A DNA stretch of 64,000 nt from Octopus sinensis (lineage: Eukaryota). The notes below the pieces were generated by a model. That model was not told where the DNA came from. It ran no database searches and worked only from the letters and a program-made list of their open reading frames with translations. Numbering within the stretch: position 1 is the first letter of the stretch; every line of letters starts with the position of its first letter. The stretch spans positions 80,476,001-80,540,000 of the forward strand of contig NC_042998.1 of NCBI RefSeq assembly GCF_006345805.1, read 5' to 3'. Below, in pieces: positions 51,026 to 64,000 of the stretch. The position numbers and the translations under genes were made by a program.

Positions 51026-53323
51026 ATAATGGTATTTCATCTTAAATATATATTTCACATTTGAATAAGCATTGAAATAAAAAATTTACAAACAATTATA
51101 ACAAGAAATAGCTATGAACGCAAAATTATAATAAATGGAAGTTATATGTATCGGCATCAACATAACAAGTGATTGTTATAAAATTTAGTAATAATGATGA
51201 CAAAGACCTTGGTCTGACTCGTCAAACACAAGGAAATGTATGGAACATAAAAAGCGCAACAATTTAACATCAGCGTAAATGGCACGTACGCACATATCTA
51301 AAGAACTGGGCTAATTAGCATAAAAGAAATATGAATAATGGAAGACTCCACGTTCCATAATTACTCGTTCAATATTTTACTCGATAACTAAGAATATCAT
51401 GATTGTATTTTATCTCATTTGAAACAAGACAATTTTATTTAAAACGAATTCTTCGAAATATATGTTAGTTTAAGATGTTTCAAACCTCATGACAAATGAC
51501 GATAGCTATGATGAGAATCAGAACAATTATTATTATTGCTTGGCGATATTTCGCCTGTCGCTACGTTCTGAGTTCAAATTCCCACGAGGTCGACATTGCC
51601 TTTCATCCTTTCGGGGTCGATAAATCAAGTACCAATTGAGTACTGGGGTCGATGTGATCGACTTAGCCCCTCCCCACAAAATGCAGGCCTTGTGCCGGTA
51701 GTAGAAAGGATTATTGTTGTTGTCGTTGTTGTTTAGCCTCTAGATATGCAATGATCTATCTTACATATAATCAGAGGTATTCAAGACGTAGCCATTTTGT
51801 CCTACTTTCGGAGGCATAGCATATCTAGGATTGCGTTATCTAATGTGTTCTTATTGTTTAAAACGGTAGATCAGTGGGGTAATACACTGAAAGATTACAT
51901 AGCTCCACCAATTCTTGGTTCAATTTTAAGCTGATACATTGTTACATATGGACATCAGAAGCAATTTTTTCCATATAATCCAATAAACACTTGAATGTAT
52001 TTATTTATATATTTGCTTGAGACATTAAGTATGAATCTTATTTCTAATCTAGGCACAAGACCAGCAATTTTGTAGGGAAGGGACTGACCGATACGTCGAT
52101 TCCTGTACTTGATTGATACTTTACTTTATCGACCTCGGAAGGATTGAAGGCAAAGTTTTCGACAGGATTTGAACTTAGAATGTAGAGAGCAGGAACAAAT
52201 ACCGCAACGCATTTCCAGCACAATAACGATTCTACCAAACTGATTCCTTAATATTTTACTTTACATCAATCACAATGCCTTTAGTTGCATTAAGTTCGAA
52301 TCCCAGTGTCCATTATCAACACCGATTCCTGAGCATTTGGTGAAGCCTATTCGTTAACATGGTAGGATTTTGTTAAATCTCTTTAATACATTGACGGACT
52401 ATTGTCCGTCAATGTATTCAAACTCCACCAGCTGATCATGGCCCCAATATTTATAAGAAAATTAATTTAAAACTACATAACATGTTTTATTTATGCTTTA
52501 CATATGCATTGAAAGAATACTGTCGTCAATGTTAATGATATCTGAAATATATGATAGTAAAATAAAGATGAAACATGTTAGAGCAAACGAAACCTTTGTC
52601 TTCGCAATAACGAACATTCGACTTGACCTACAATTCTAAATGATAAGTATATGATCTTTTATATATTTACCCGTAAATTAATGATAATATATTACTTAAA
52701 AGAGAACTTTAAAATACATGGATTTAAAATAATGCACTAACTAAAATTACAACACTTTGAAATACAGATTAAAAATATTTTTTGGGGCCACTGTGATTTT
52801 TGAAACCATTGTATGGAAGAACAGAAATGCTATAAATTTGATTTGCTTAAAATATGTTTTAGAATTTGAGATTATATATTTTCTTTGTGGAATTGTTATT
52901 ATAGTCTTCAATATCTTTTAAATAGCTTTTTCATAGAATATTTTTTTTAAATAAGTCAACTTGCATTTTTTTAAATTAAATTATAAAAACAACAACATTT
53001 TTATGAGATCAAAGGGGTCTTCCAAATAATATTTTCTATTATCATATCTATCAATGTTGTATCATTTTGAAAATTTTAGTTGTCATCAAAATAATTATAT
53101 AATTTAAAAATAAATAAACAACATTGATTTTGAAACTATGGGGAGATAAGCAAAAATGCGTATGAAACAACAAATTTAAATGTAAAAAATAAATTAAGAA
53201 ATCAATTTAATTTTGAAAATCACACATATTTTTCTTTTTTATATTTAGGTATCCTGATAGAAAAAGTTAAATGAAACTATTTCATGCTTGAAATAATTTT
53301 TTCCTTTCATCCAACGCAATCGT

Positions 53324-53337
53324 CCGCTAGGTGGCTC
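53324..53337 (+). promoter_or_regulatory. CTCF-like motif about 125 bp upstream of the KDM1A ATG
   Basis: CCGCTAGGTGGCTC versus CTCF core CCASYAGRKGGCRS; motif match only. Confidence 0.4.
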
Positions 53338-53461
53338 CGCATCATAGTTTTTTTTTGTAATCTGTGATGTTCACATGTATGTAAATCGTCAATATTTCTA
53401 ATTGGAATATTGTCTTTTACTGCATGTGGAATCGTTTCATTTACTAACTAGTCGTTAGGTT

Positions 53462-53950
53462 ATGTCTAGTAATAGTGTTATCAACACAAAAATGCCCATC
53501 GGCTCCACGAATAATAATTCTAGCAGCGGTAACAGCTCCTCCGCCAACCAGCCATCTTGTAACAATAGTAATCTGAGAGGAGATCGTAATTCTTCAGTCT
53601 CCTCCAACAAGAAGGATGGCCAGCAGCAGCAACAACAACAACAAAATTCTTCAGGTATAACTTCTCCAGTTTCATCGTCCGTTACATCAATGAATCAACA
53701 GCAACAACAGTCTTCTGATACTGCAAATAGCAACGCAAACAATGAAGATAACCGAGGAGGAGGAGAACAACAACAACAACAACAACAACAGCAGCAATCC
53801 GGTCGGAAACGTTCTTATTCTTCGGATGATGCCGAAACCGCAAATAATTCGGCCACTACATCCACCACATCTGCTCAGATGTCCACCTCGTCTGTGTCGA
53901 TTTCTGACGGCGCCGATAGTCGAAGGACTAGCCGTCGGAAGAAAGCAAGG
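53462..53950 (+). CDS. KDM1A: First coding exon (163 codons) of a lysine-specific demethylase 1 (LSD1) homologue
   Basis: ATG at 53462, S/N/Q-rich low-complexity region, ending DSRRTSRRKKAR followed by a canonical GTGAGT donor at 53951 (phase 0). Matches human LSD1 RRTSRRKRAK|VEYREM (from memory). The next exon was not seen before 64000. Confidence 0.82.
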
Positions 53951-55649
53951 GTGAGTGAACCGGTAAATAGAGCATTTTTTGTTATTTTTCTCACTTAACG
54001 TGAAATCATCTGATCCCATCGTCTGAGTGAAGTGAACAGATGAAGTTGTGAGCTACTGTGGGTAATGTTGACATGTGAATTTCATCCTTCATTCGCTTTT
54101 CACAATTTTATTTTTCATCACAATTATTGCACAAACACACATACACGCATACATATTTTTGTATACCAATACACATATAATAAACCCTACACGCGTTTAT
54201 TTGATTTTTCTCATTTATTTTGCACTCGCAATTTCATTGTACTCACCACTCTTTAAAATTACTCACTGATTTATATATATTGTAAGTAAGAGAAGCTAGA
54301 AAGTAGTTATTGGCTCGTTTATTCTCTTAACAGTGCAGCAAAAGCAAACTACGTTTGTTGAGGGGAGGGGGAGCGTAAATGACTAAACACGCTATTGCAT
54401 TTATGATCATCCGTAAATTACTTGTTGAGAAATAGCAGCAAACTTACCGGTGAGAGATTTTAAAGGCACTAAAAGAGAATGACTCTCCCTCCAGACACAG
54501 CAAACTTACTGTTTGTATTAAAACATTTTATCAAGATATACCAAATAATCACATATTAATTGTATGTGACTATTGGTTTACAATTTTCATTCTGTAGATT
54601 ATTGATGAATATTCTCCCATCGATTAATTTATATTACAACAGCATTTGTTGTTGTTTAGCCCCAGGTCAACTCTGATCGAGTTGAGCAGGTCTCTGATCA
54701 GTGGCGTTCCATCTGTGACCACCCCCTATCTTCTGTAGAGATATATAGTGCCTAGGAACATATTCGATGCAGCTTTGCTGTAAGATGGTAGGGTGTGATT
54801 TGATGGAGATTTGGCTGTCATTTCTAGCACTTCAAGCTACCCACGTAGAGGCTCCCTCATTGACTCGTCTGAGTATTTAACGTAGTTGCTGTATCCATTT
54901 CAATGAGGATGACCTGCACACTAATAACTGAAACATATTCTGTTTTAATCGATAAATATTTAAATATAAACAAAACAATAAAACTATTTTTTATTCGGTA
55001 GTCTGCAAAATGTAACCTGAAATAATTGGTAAATAAAGACAATATAACTGTTGAATATACACTCCCATGATTAAAAAAGAAACTAAAGTGGTGCTTTGGC
55101 GTCAGAAATATAGGCGAAATATAAATATTATATGTAAATATTGTTACTATTTATTTTTTTTAAAATAATTTTTCTTGTTAAAGACAATATTTTGATCAAA
55201 ATCATTTTCCCGTTTTATCAATTTTCCCGCCATAGATTTGTTTAGAAGTTCGATGGTACCGCTAAAGCCTTTTGTTCATGTCTCTTTGGCGTAGAATAGA
55301 GAAGGAAGTTTAAAATGTGATCCTTAAGTTTCGAACCCGACCCTAAAAGCAATCGATTGATAAAAAATATAAAGATAAATAAAAGTACTAAACCAAATTC
55401 ACAATATACTTAGAAAATAATAATTCTTTCTAATTTTGGCACAAGGCCAGCAATTTTGAGTGAAGGGAGTAAGGCAATTACATAAGCTCCTGTACTTGAT
55501 TAGTACTTATTTCATCGATCCAAAAGGAGGAAAAGCAAAGTTGTCCCCGAAAATATTTGAACTCTGAATGTTAAAGAGCTGGAAGAAATGCTATGTAGCA
55601 TTTTATCTTGCCCACCAACGATTTTGCCAGCTCGCTTCCCTAATAATAA

Positions 55650-57350
55650 TTATAATTTATAACAAAAGCACAAAGCCTGAAATTTTGGGGGAGAAAGTCG
55701 AATAATAATAGTCACAAATGCCCAAGACAGTGGAGGACAGTACAGGGACGAATGTGTACATCGAATATAAAAAAAAGTGAAATCAACAAAAACAGTAGAT
55801 AGTACTTAAATTTTAGGAAGAGAAGGTACCCAATGAGAGGGGAAACCTTACCCAAGGTAATTTGTAGGTAAAACCTGTCACTAAGTCCTAGATTGTTCTG
55901 ACACTTCAAAACTAAAAGTACTCTACAAGTTTCTTGACTCCTATTTGAAGTTGCATAATCAGACTAGACTCAGTTAGCATTGTCACTTTCACCTTCTTAT
56001 AGCTTATGAATTAAAGGCATTGATGAGAGCTTGGTCAGAAAGAAAAACTCTTAAAAACTTTTTAACTATGTCAACATATTTTGTCATGGCCACCAGACAG
56101 AGGAAGATGAACCACACTTCCTTACAAAAAGAAGGCAGTAGGTTGATCTTTATATTTGACTTAGCTGATAGCTTGATCTGGCCTAGGAGTGATCCCTTTG
56201 TGCCTTCTGACAAAAGTCCACAAATTGGTATTACACAAGCACAAATTGAGTGCATATAGAATAGTTTTCCCACCTTGTGCACATCTCAGATACATTCCAA
56301 TGCTACCTTTATATCTTGTCCTAAACAATCAATGCCTCTCCCCCACTGCTAGAGCAAAGACTTTAGGAAGTTGTCCATAATCCCTTGATCTTGAACTCCT
56401 CAGAAGAGACTGATTAGAATATCCTTACCAATACATGTAATCATTCTCAGGAAATTGTTGCACACTCCCTCCATGAATATTGTCTATAGTGTACAAAGGT
56501 TGACTTTTTATTGATTTCATTGACTGAGCTAGTAGAGTTCCTGGCAACAATCCAGATGTCAAACACCCAACTGTAGTCTGTGCTTGACCAAAGATTGAAG
56601 CTTGGTATAGGAGATGAGCTGTGGAAAGATGTGCTTCATGAATGGCAACAAACCCTGTTCACTATCATTTTGGTTAACTTTACCAATATGTCAACCTCAT
56701 TAGCAATGGTATCTTAAGACAACTATTGAGTAGCTGATGGCAGCAAGTAAATCTCTTGATATGCTATATTCTGGTCAGATTTTTCCCCAGCCAAAGCATG
56801 GTGCAATGTAAGCATTAACCACTTTGGTTTGATCTTTCACAGACAGATTCCCAGTTTTTCTCCATCTGGAGATCCTGTTTGAACTACATCCTAAGCAGTG
56901 ACAGAAGCCTAAACTAGCTCGCATGAACTTTTCTAGGTATTGAGATGCAAACCCATTGATTTGTCCTGGTTGATACATGCTCCCATAACCTGATACTATT
57001 CCAGTATGGAATCATCAAGATAGTGACATGGCCTGCATATACAGATCAGTTTGCATGAGATGCTTTTCAATGCCCTCCAACCTTTACAGTAAAGACTCCA
57101 GTACTAAAGCATACAGGAAAAGGAACAACTTTGGTAGACTAGTGTGCAATATAAAAGAATTTTAAAAAGTGGCTATTTATTCTGAACTCTAAACAGATGC
57201 TACCATAGGTTGTTGCAATCTAGCTGAGATGGGACCAAATTTGGCTACTCGGATAGCTGCCAGGTAGTGATGGTCAACTCCTGATGTAAGTTTTGAACTG
57301 ATCCAAATTGACCTGCTCACCATCACATGAGATGGAGATTGTTATGGATA
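55650..57350 (-). mobile_element. Highly decayed CR1/L2-type LINE RT in KDM1A intron 1 (antisense)
   Basis: SEGTKGSLLGQI resembles SGVPQGSVLGP; YVDIVK resembles YADDTK; upstream PGQINGFA resembles PGPDG. Boundaries approximate. Confidence 0.55.
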
Positions 57351-57796
57351 TTGCCTGTCATATCCTTCTGTTTGAGGTTCTTGTTCAACAGCAACTAGTA
57401 GTATACATGTTAGGCATGTAGCAATAAAAACCGGAGGGCAGACTATTTTGTTCTGACAATTCATTTCTTGCACAACATCTCGAGCATGTTCAGCACTTGA
57501 AATTGGCTTTCAGCAGCATGCTGCATCTTCAGTCAGTACCACATAAAATGCACCCAGTCCACCCTGTGAAGTGGTCAGCTTTAGAAATGACATCCAGTTG
57601 TAAAAACCATACCAAAGCAGGCAGTGGAGCTTGGCAGGTGCAGTCTCCAAGCTTATCAGCTCCTGTCAAACCGTCCAACCCATATCAGAATGGAAAACAG
57701 GCGTTAAATGATTATATATCCAGTGTATACATGAAATAAATTTCTTTCAAAACTATCCTCTTCCACTCTACCAGACTGACCATGTTGCACACTTAA

Positions 57797-57998
57797 CCCT
57801 TTCGTATTCAATTTTCTCTGACAAATATGTTTATTCTCATTGTTTCAATTTAATTAGGCATTATCAAGAATTTGATTATGTGATTATATATTTTTAGAAT
57901 GACATTGTAGGATACGTATGAGAGGTCATATGTGGCTGGTTTGAACATAAAACAGTAGAATATTTGGGCTTGATATGGCCTGTTTAAACACTAAAGGG
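57797..57998. mobile_element. piggyBac-type MITE, same family as 34598
   Basis: TTAA|CCCTTTCG..CTAAAGGG|TTAA. Confidence 0.8.
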
Positions 57999-58842
57999 TT
58001 AATGCGAAAGTATCTCCAATTGCATTAAACTAACAACTCCACAGGCTCTCAGACCTAGTCCTTATACTCACTAAACTTTTAAATCTCTCTTTTCCTACAT
58101 ATATATCTTCATCTTTAGAAATATATTATAGTGTGCTCCTTTTCCAAGAAGGGTACCCCACTAACCCTACCATCTACTCTTCTACTGCTCTCGCTAACAA
58201 AGATGACGGGGGATAGACGTTAGCAAGAACCTTTTCCAGTACCTTGAATTTCTCTCCTTGTTTAATGACCTTGTGTAATGTCATCCTAGCGTGTAGATCA
58301 CTAGGCAACCCATGTTACTGAGATCATTAGGTAACCGGTGTAGTTCAGATATAGACGACTCATTCTAGATCAATAGAGCCGCCTCTAAATCTGTGGTCCT
58401 CAATCTTTTTGACCTCGAATTAGCCGCTGGACATTAGATTGAAAATTTATTGGCTCACTGGAGACTAGATGATAAAATTACTGGTGCATTACGAATTGAA
58501 AGTTAAACAAAGCAATGTTTGAAAGTTAGAAATTAGAGAAAATATATAGAAAACTAATGGTTACCTTATTTTTATTAATCGGAAGAGCGTCTAGTGTAGA
58601 AAGCTTGCCGAAGCAGATATTGGCGCTCGATGCAGTTCCCTGGCACGTCAGGTTATGTTGAACCGTCTAACCCTTGCTGGCATAGAAGAACGTTAAATAA
58701 CGATGAGTATAATAAAATTATGGAAGACACGTTTATCCAGACATTCAAGCATAGATATAGATTTTCTGAAACACTTAATATTAAAAAAAACCCAAAAAAA
58801 CCCTAGGTTATCTTTTGTTTGTCATCGTTTTAGAAACACTGC

Positions 58843-59610
58843 GGATCTTTTTCTTTTGAACGGCATTTTGTAACATAATTTCTAGGTAACTAAAAAGTTT
58901 TAAACTTCGTATACTGGTAAAATGTGTTTATAAAACATCATTTTTTTCTTGGCTTTATTGAGAAAATTCTATATGTTGTAACATATTTCGTCTTTAATTT
59001 CGAGCATTTCAGCAATTTTAACCAATCGCTGACCTCCATTTAGGTAAATAACATTCTGTGCATAATGAATATGTCCCTCCTTTAAGAAACAGATTGGGTT
59101 TATTTACATTTGTGAAGAAAAAAAGATACCCTTCCCCAACCCTAACTCTAAATCTAAAATAGATTGAAATGCAATAGATCGATACTAGGCCATAATTATG
59201 GGTGACATTTTCATTTGACACCGCTAGAAAAAAATCTCATTTTCCATAGCGGTGTCGTATGAAATTGTCACCCATAATTATAACCTAGTATCGATCTATT
59301 GCATTTCAATCTATCTTAGATTAGGGTTAGGGGTGGGGGAAGGATATCTTTTTTCTTCACAAATGTAAATAAACCCAATCTGTTTCTTAAAGGAGGGACA
59401 TATTCATTATGCACAGAATGTTATTTACCTAAATGGAGGTCAGCGATTGGTTAAAATTGCCGAAATGCAAGAAATTTTAGACGAAATATGTTACAACCTA
59501 TAGAATTTTCTCAATAAAGCCAAGAGAAAATGATGTTTTATAAACACATTCTACCAGTATACGAAGTTTAAAGGTGTTTAGTTAACTAGAAATTGTGTTG
59601 GAAAAGATCC
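58843..59610. mobile_element. GGATC-ended foldback MITE (Merlin-like), inverted dimer of the 20999 type
   Basis: Perfect TSD AACACTGC (58835-58842, 59611-59618); arms 58843-59226 and 59247-59610. Confidence 0.9.
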
Positions 59611-59852
59611 AACACTGCTCTAAATAAACAGGTGATGCATAGCTTAGGTCGTGTTTGTAAGTCTCAGGCCAGCCTTCATGGAACGAACACACCTATGGTT
59701 AAAAGCCTTCCAACAATGATCAGTCTGTCATAATTTTAGATTGTGTATCCCGGACCACAACACCCAATGTATGCTTCGTTTTTTAAGACGTTAGAGTGGG
59801 ATATGAGGAAGATTTGGCTAGTATTTCTAGCAAGTTGAGCGACCACATAGAA

Positions 59853-60164
59853 CAGTGGTTCTCAATTAGGGTCCTCAGGGTTCACGCTAGCAACATAGTA
59901 AACTGGGGCTCGACAGTAATATTTTAAATGTCCATGTAAAGTTTTGATTTAAATGTATCTATCTGTTGCATGAAACGTTTCTTTCTCTAACGTTTTACAT
60001 TGTTCATTCTAAGCAAGTTAATGCAGGAATAAAAAATAAGAATTTTGAAAGAAGTATCTATAAAACTAGTTTTTAAACTTAGAATGACTAACGGGGTCCT
60101 CCAAATAGAATAGTTATCAAAGGGGTCGGGGTCCATAAATTTTTTAAATGGTCGAGAACCACTG
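59853..60164. mobile_element. 312-bp hAT (Buster/Charlie-type) MITE
   Basis: TIR CAGTGGTTCTC; TSD ACATAGAA/ACATAGAG (7/8) with central TA. Confidence 0.85.
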
Positions 60165-60881
60165 ACATAGAGGCTCCCTCTATCGGTACTTCAAACTGGA
60201 CTGACCCACACTACTGAGATAACGTTATGAGAATATTTTCTTCACCGTTTAGCATGTGTTCTTAATAATTTATGCTTGTCTATGGTCTGAATTTGGTCTG
60301 CTATGTTTCAATTCTTGGTTACTGCATCTTCATTTAGAGATGTAATATAATTTACTTATCGCGTCGGACCTTTAGATTGGCTTTCTATTCTGTTTCGGAC
60401 AATAACATCCGTTTCATGTTTTCATTTAACATGCTGTCCAGGACTATAGTTTCCTTCTTTCCTGGATCCAAGACGGAGAGCAAAGCCAGAAATATATTTC
60501 ACAGCATTTGATCGCATTTTTTCTTTTATTGAGTAGTGTTACCGACATAAACCATCACTAATTTATTGAGATTCTTGTGTAGAGAGGTAGGGAACCTGCA
60601 CCCTTCTGTAACAAGTACAATGTTTGGGGAAGAATTTTAAAGCCTTTGTTGTTTTTTAACTAATTGTAAATTTCAGAAATCGTCATTCTATTTCTTTAAC
60701 CACATTTGTAATTATTACTGTTTAAAGTACTTTAATAAGTATGAAGTAACAAAAAAAAAAAAATTGCTTATTCCGAAACTCCGCTTTAAAAATTGTTTTT
60801 TTTTTATAAATGATATTTTATAAAATTATAGGTTTAACTATTATTTTTTAATGCACCCTATCAGTTACCAGTTAACTTCAA

Positions 60882-61397
60882 GGCGCAATTCTTGTTTAAG
60901 CTTCTCATATAACCCCCTCATAACTTTTTAATTTTTTTGAATTTTCTGAAAATTTTTGCAAATTTGTGTTCTACGCTCGGGAATTTTTACAATTATGAAA
61001 AAGAAAAAATTAAAACCCCCTCAACACCATAAAGTTCCACTCTTTTTCGAATTAAAAAAAATCTGTGTTTAAAATACAGTCCAAATTGTTTGAAATGCCA
61101 GCAATGGCCCGCTCTGGGGTACATCATCATTCCATTAAATGTGTTCAGGGGAGAAAAATATTGAAAAACATGAGTACATGTCAGAGTGACAAAGAAACGA
61201 GGAAGGTATCAGGTGGTCGTGAGATGTGCGAAAAAATAATAGCTAAATTGCCCTTAAATCACACACAAAAAAGTTTTTTTTTTTTGCTGCATAATTCCCG
61301 TGTGCAGAACACAAAATTCATGAAAACTTTCTGAAAATTCCAAAAAATACAAAAGTTATGAGGAATTTATATGGGATGCTTAACCAAGAATTCCGCC
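60882..61397. mobile_element. GG-ended MITE, second Merlin-like family (516 bp, ~110-bp arms)
   Basis: GGCGCAATTC../..GAATTCCGCC; TSD AACTTCAA/AACTTCAG (7/8). Confidence 0.78.
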
Positions 61398-63089
61398 AAC
61401 TTCAGCACGGCCTTCTCAATATAAATTCCTCAAATTCTGCTTTAGTAGTATATTGACAGTGTTTCCTTCCTATTTTGAAACGGTAGTATGTAGTTTAAAG
61501 GAGATTTGGTTCCTTTTTTTTCAAAGCAAGGCAAGCGACTAGACTTCGTAGGATCAGCTGTTGCTTAGCTCTAGGTCAATTCGAAACGTACCAGAACTAT
61601 GATCAAATGTTGTGGTCATCCTGTGCTTTTCTATTTTTCTAATGTGTCCTTTTTTTAAGGATGGTGAAGTACGTGATTTCGGTGAAAGTTGGCCACTATT
61701 TCTACCAGGTTGAGCGACTATTGTCAAGGAGTCCTCTTTGACTCGATAGTCGGTTTGTGCAAGTGAAGTCAGCAATAGTGTGATTTTGAACTGGAAATAG
61801 TGATATAGCTAGCTGTAAAGCATTCTATTCTACGTGTTTAACTATGGTCATTACATACATATATGCGCCAAGCAGTTATTAGGCATACACGAACTTTGGG
61901 TTAGTTAAAATGTTTGTGACATATTTCGACTTTTTCTCCACGCTAACTTCAATGAATTTGCCATTAGAATTTGAAATATGTCACAAACATATTTTAGCTA
62001 ACCTAAAGTTTGCATATATATAAATATATATATCGCGCACACATACATAATATCTACATACATACACACATTGTTCTCTTTGGTTTTAGTTATTAAATAT
62101 TACTTCTTCCGGTCTCTCCTTTATGTGACGTTTACCTTAGTTCGTTGGGTTACTTTGTATTTTTGATGTTGTCTGTTTATTTTCCTGATATACTCGCTCA
62201 CAAATATCCACTACTTTTGATATATACTGGTTAATATATATACATTTATATAGAAACGTGAGGACTGTAATGCTGTATTCACGTTTCATATACATGAGCC
62301 AATAACACTTTACATTTGATTAGCTTACGAAGAATTAATTTTCGGACTGTAATATAAGCAATCATCGTAAGAAAACTTGTTTATTATTGTGATATTTCTT
62401 TTAATTTAAAAATAAATCGTTTTGTTTTTCTCATTTGATGAGGTTATCTATGCATGTTTTTATAGAATATCTCTCTTCTCTTCAAAATATTCAAAGCTAA
62501 TATTTTATTCTGACACTACTCCGAGTTTTCTGCTTTGTGTGCCCTTGTCGCGTGTTCGAAGGCACAAAGCGAGAAGCTTAAAAGCAGTGACAGAGTGAAT
62601 CATTAGTACTGTTACCCTTACTCTTGTTTTTAAGCGCTCATATATTTAGAATATTTTTTTCACTTAATTGTTGATGAAATAAATACCTGTTTGGACTTAA
62701 GTCTATCGATTATCTCCCTTATTTCCCTAAAAACTGATATTGCAGGAAGAAAATCATTGTATGTCTTCTTGTTTTATTATGCTATAACTATTTATAGCAT
62801 TATTATTATTATGCTATATTATTTATCAGGGACGTTGTCTTGAGGTTTGGAACAAGTCTCCTTCAAATCACAAGGCGGTGAGTGTCGGAAAAATTCCTTT
62901 GCGGTATTTCTTCCGACATTTACGCTCTGAGTTCAATTTCCATCGAGGTCGTCTTTGCCTTTCACTCTTTTAGGATCGATAAAATAAGCACCTGTTGATC
63001 ATTGGAGCCCATGTAATCGACTTAACCGTCTCCTAAAATTGCTGGACTTGTGCCAAAATGTGTAACTCTTATCATATATTGACTATTTT

Positions 63090-63797
63090 GGCGCTTCTCT
63101 AGAAGCACACCTCTCCAAGAAAATGAGTCTTACTTGTCAAAAAAGTTACGAAAATGGGAAATATATGCAAAAAATTAGGAAGATTCATCTATTTTTTAAT
63201 ATTTTATACTAAAAAATAAAATACGGAAAATGGGCACTCGCGAGTATAAACAAACATGTCGCACGATGCGTTACTTTTACCAGTCTGATAATCTTAATGA
63301 TACAAGGGGCCTGACAATATCGTCTGCGAATTGTATGAAGAACGTTTCACGATCTTTTTCTTAACAGTCAGTTTATAACTAATATATACTATTATGCCAA
63401 ATGTTGTGCCTGAACAGGAAATATTACGTCATAAAATGGGCGAAGGTAAAGCGAGTGCATACCACCTAATCATAACACTAACTCTGACCAGTATGCGCAG
63501 TAACAAATCTAATTAAAAACAATCAAGAATTTTACAAACGTTATTGTTGGGCCCCTCGTATCATTAATAATATCTGATACTAGTTACCACCACTTGTATC
63601 GCCCGACATGCTTGTTTATATTCGCAAGTGCCCGTTTTCCGTATTTTATTTTTTTAGTATAAAATATTTAAAAATAGATGAATCTTCCTAAGTTTTTGCA
63701 GACTTCATTTATTTTGGATATATTCCCCATTTTCATATTTTTTTTTTTTTAAATTAGGCGTCATTTCTTGGAGAGGTGCGCTTCTAAAAGAAGTGCC
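63090..63797. mobile_element. GG-ended MITE, third Merlin-like family (708 bp, long arms)
   Basis: GGCGCTTCT..AGAAGCACACCTCTCCAAGAAA mirrored at the right end; 9-bp TSD GACTATTTT/GACCATTTT (8/9). Confidence 0.78.
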
Positions 63798-64000
63798 GAC
63801 CATTTTCCATTTCTCATTGTAAGCTGCATTTGAAGTAAAATAGTTTCACGAAACTGACTTAAATTACATTAAACATCTCCCCGTTAATAGCTCAGAAAGC
63901 TTCTTTATCTTTAACTGTGTTGATAGAATCACAAGAAACTAATTACTCTTATATATTTTATTCCTTTTTACTCGGTGTGAGTAGTCGCAGGTATTAAGGA

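Noticed and set aside
53442-53458. TACTAAC branch-point-like word and TTAG|G just before the KDM1A ATG, suggesting an upstream non-coding exon
   Set aside because: The branch A is only about 11 nt from the AG, there is no pyrimidine tract and another AG intervenes; not supportable without transcripts.
53687-54019. Antisense and alternate-frame ORFs overlapping the KDM1A exon
   Set aside because: By-products of CAA/CAG repeats (poly-L, poly-N); no independent support.

Overview
AT-rich, microsatellite-laden metazoan DNA. The SINE/MITE repertoire looks octopus-like (coleoid cephalopod); this is recalled family resemblance, not a database result. Only two host coding exons are supported, and they point away from each other: the first coding exon of a PAWR/Par-4 homologue (minus, 1521-1946) and the first coding exon of a KDM1A/LSD1 homologue (plus, 53462-53950). 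The ~51.5 kb between them is almost all transposable elements: tRNA-type SINEs, Penelope fragments with hammerhead-like motifs, a Helitron, mariner and maT relics, hAT, piggyBac and Merlin-like MITEs, an almost intact Buster-type hAT (39229-42151), two Ty3/Gypsy remnants and LINE fragments. The most unusual structure is at 24.8-32.7 kb. Both LTRs of a Gypsy element are interrupted at the same nucleotide by two diverged copies of a ~1.6-kb poly(A)-tailed element that encodes only an RRM/CCHC ORF1-like protein. The complete copy has a 22-bp target-site duplication (TSD). This suggests a sequence-specific, non-autonomous retroelement that parasitises LTRs. Most ORFs in the supplied track are microsatellite or antisense artefacts. 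All alignments and identities were done by eye, so coordinates of decayed elements are approximate.
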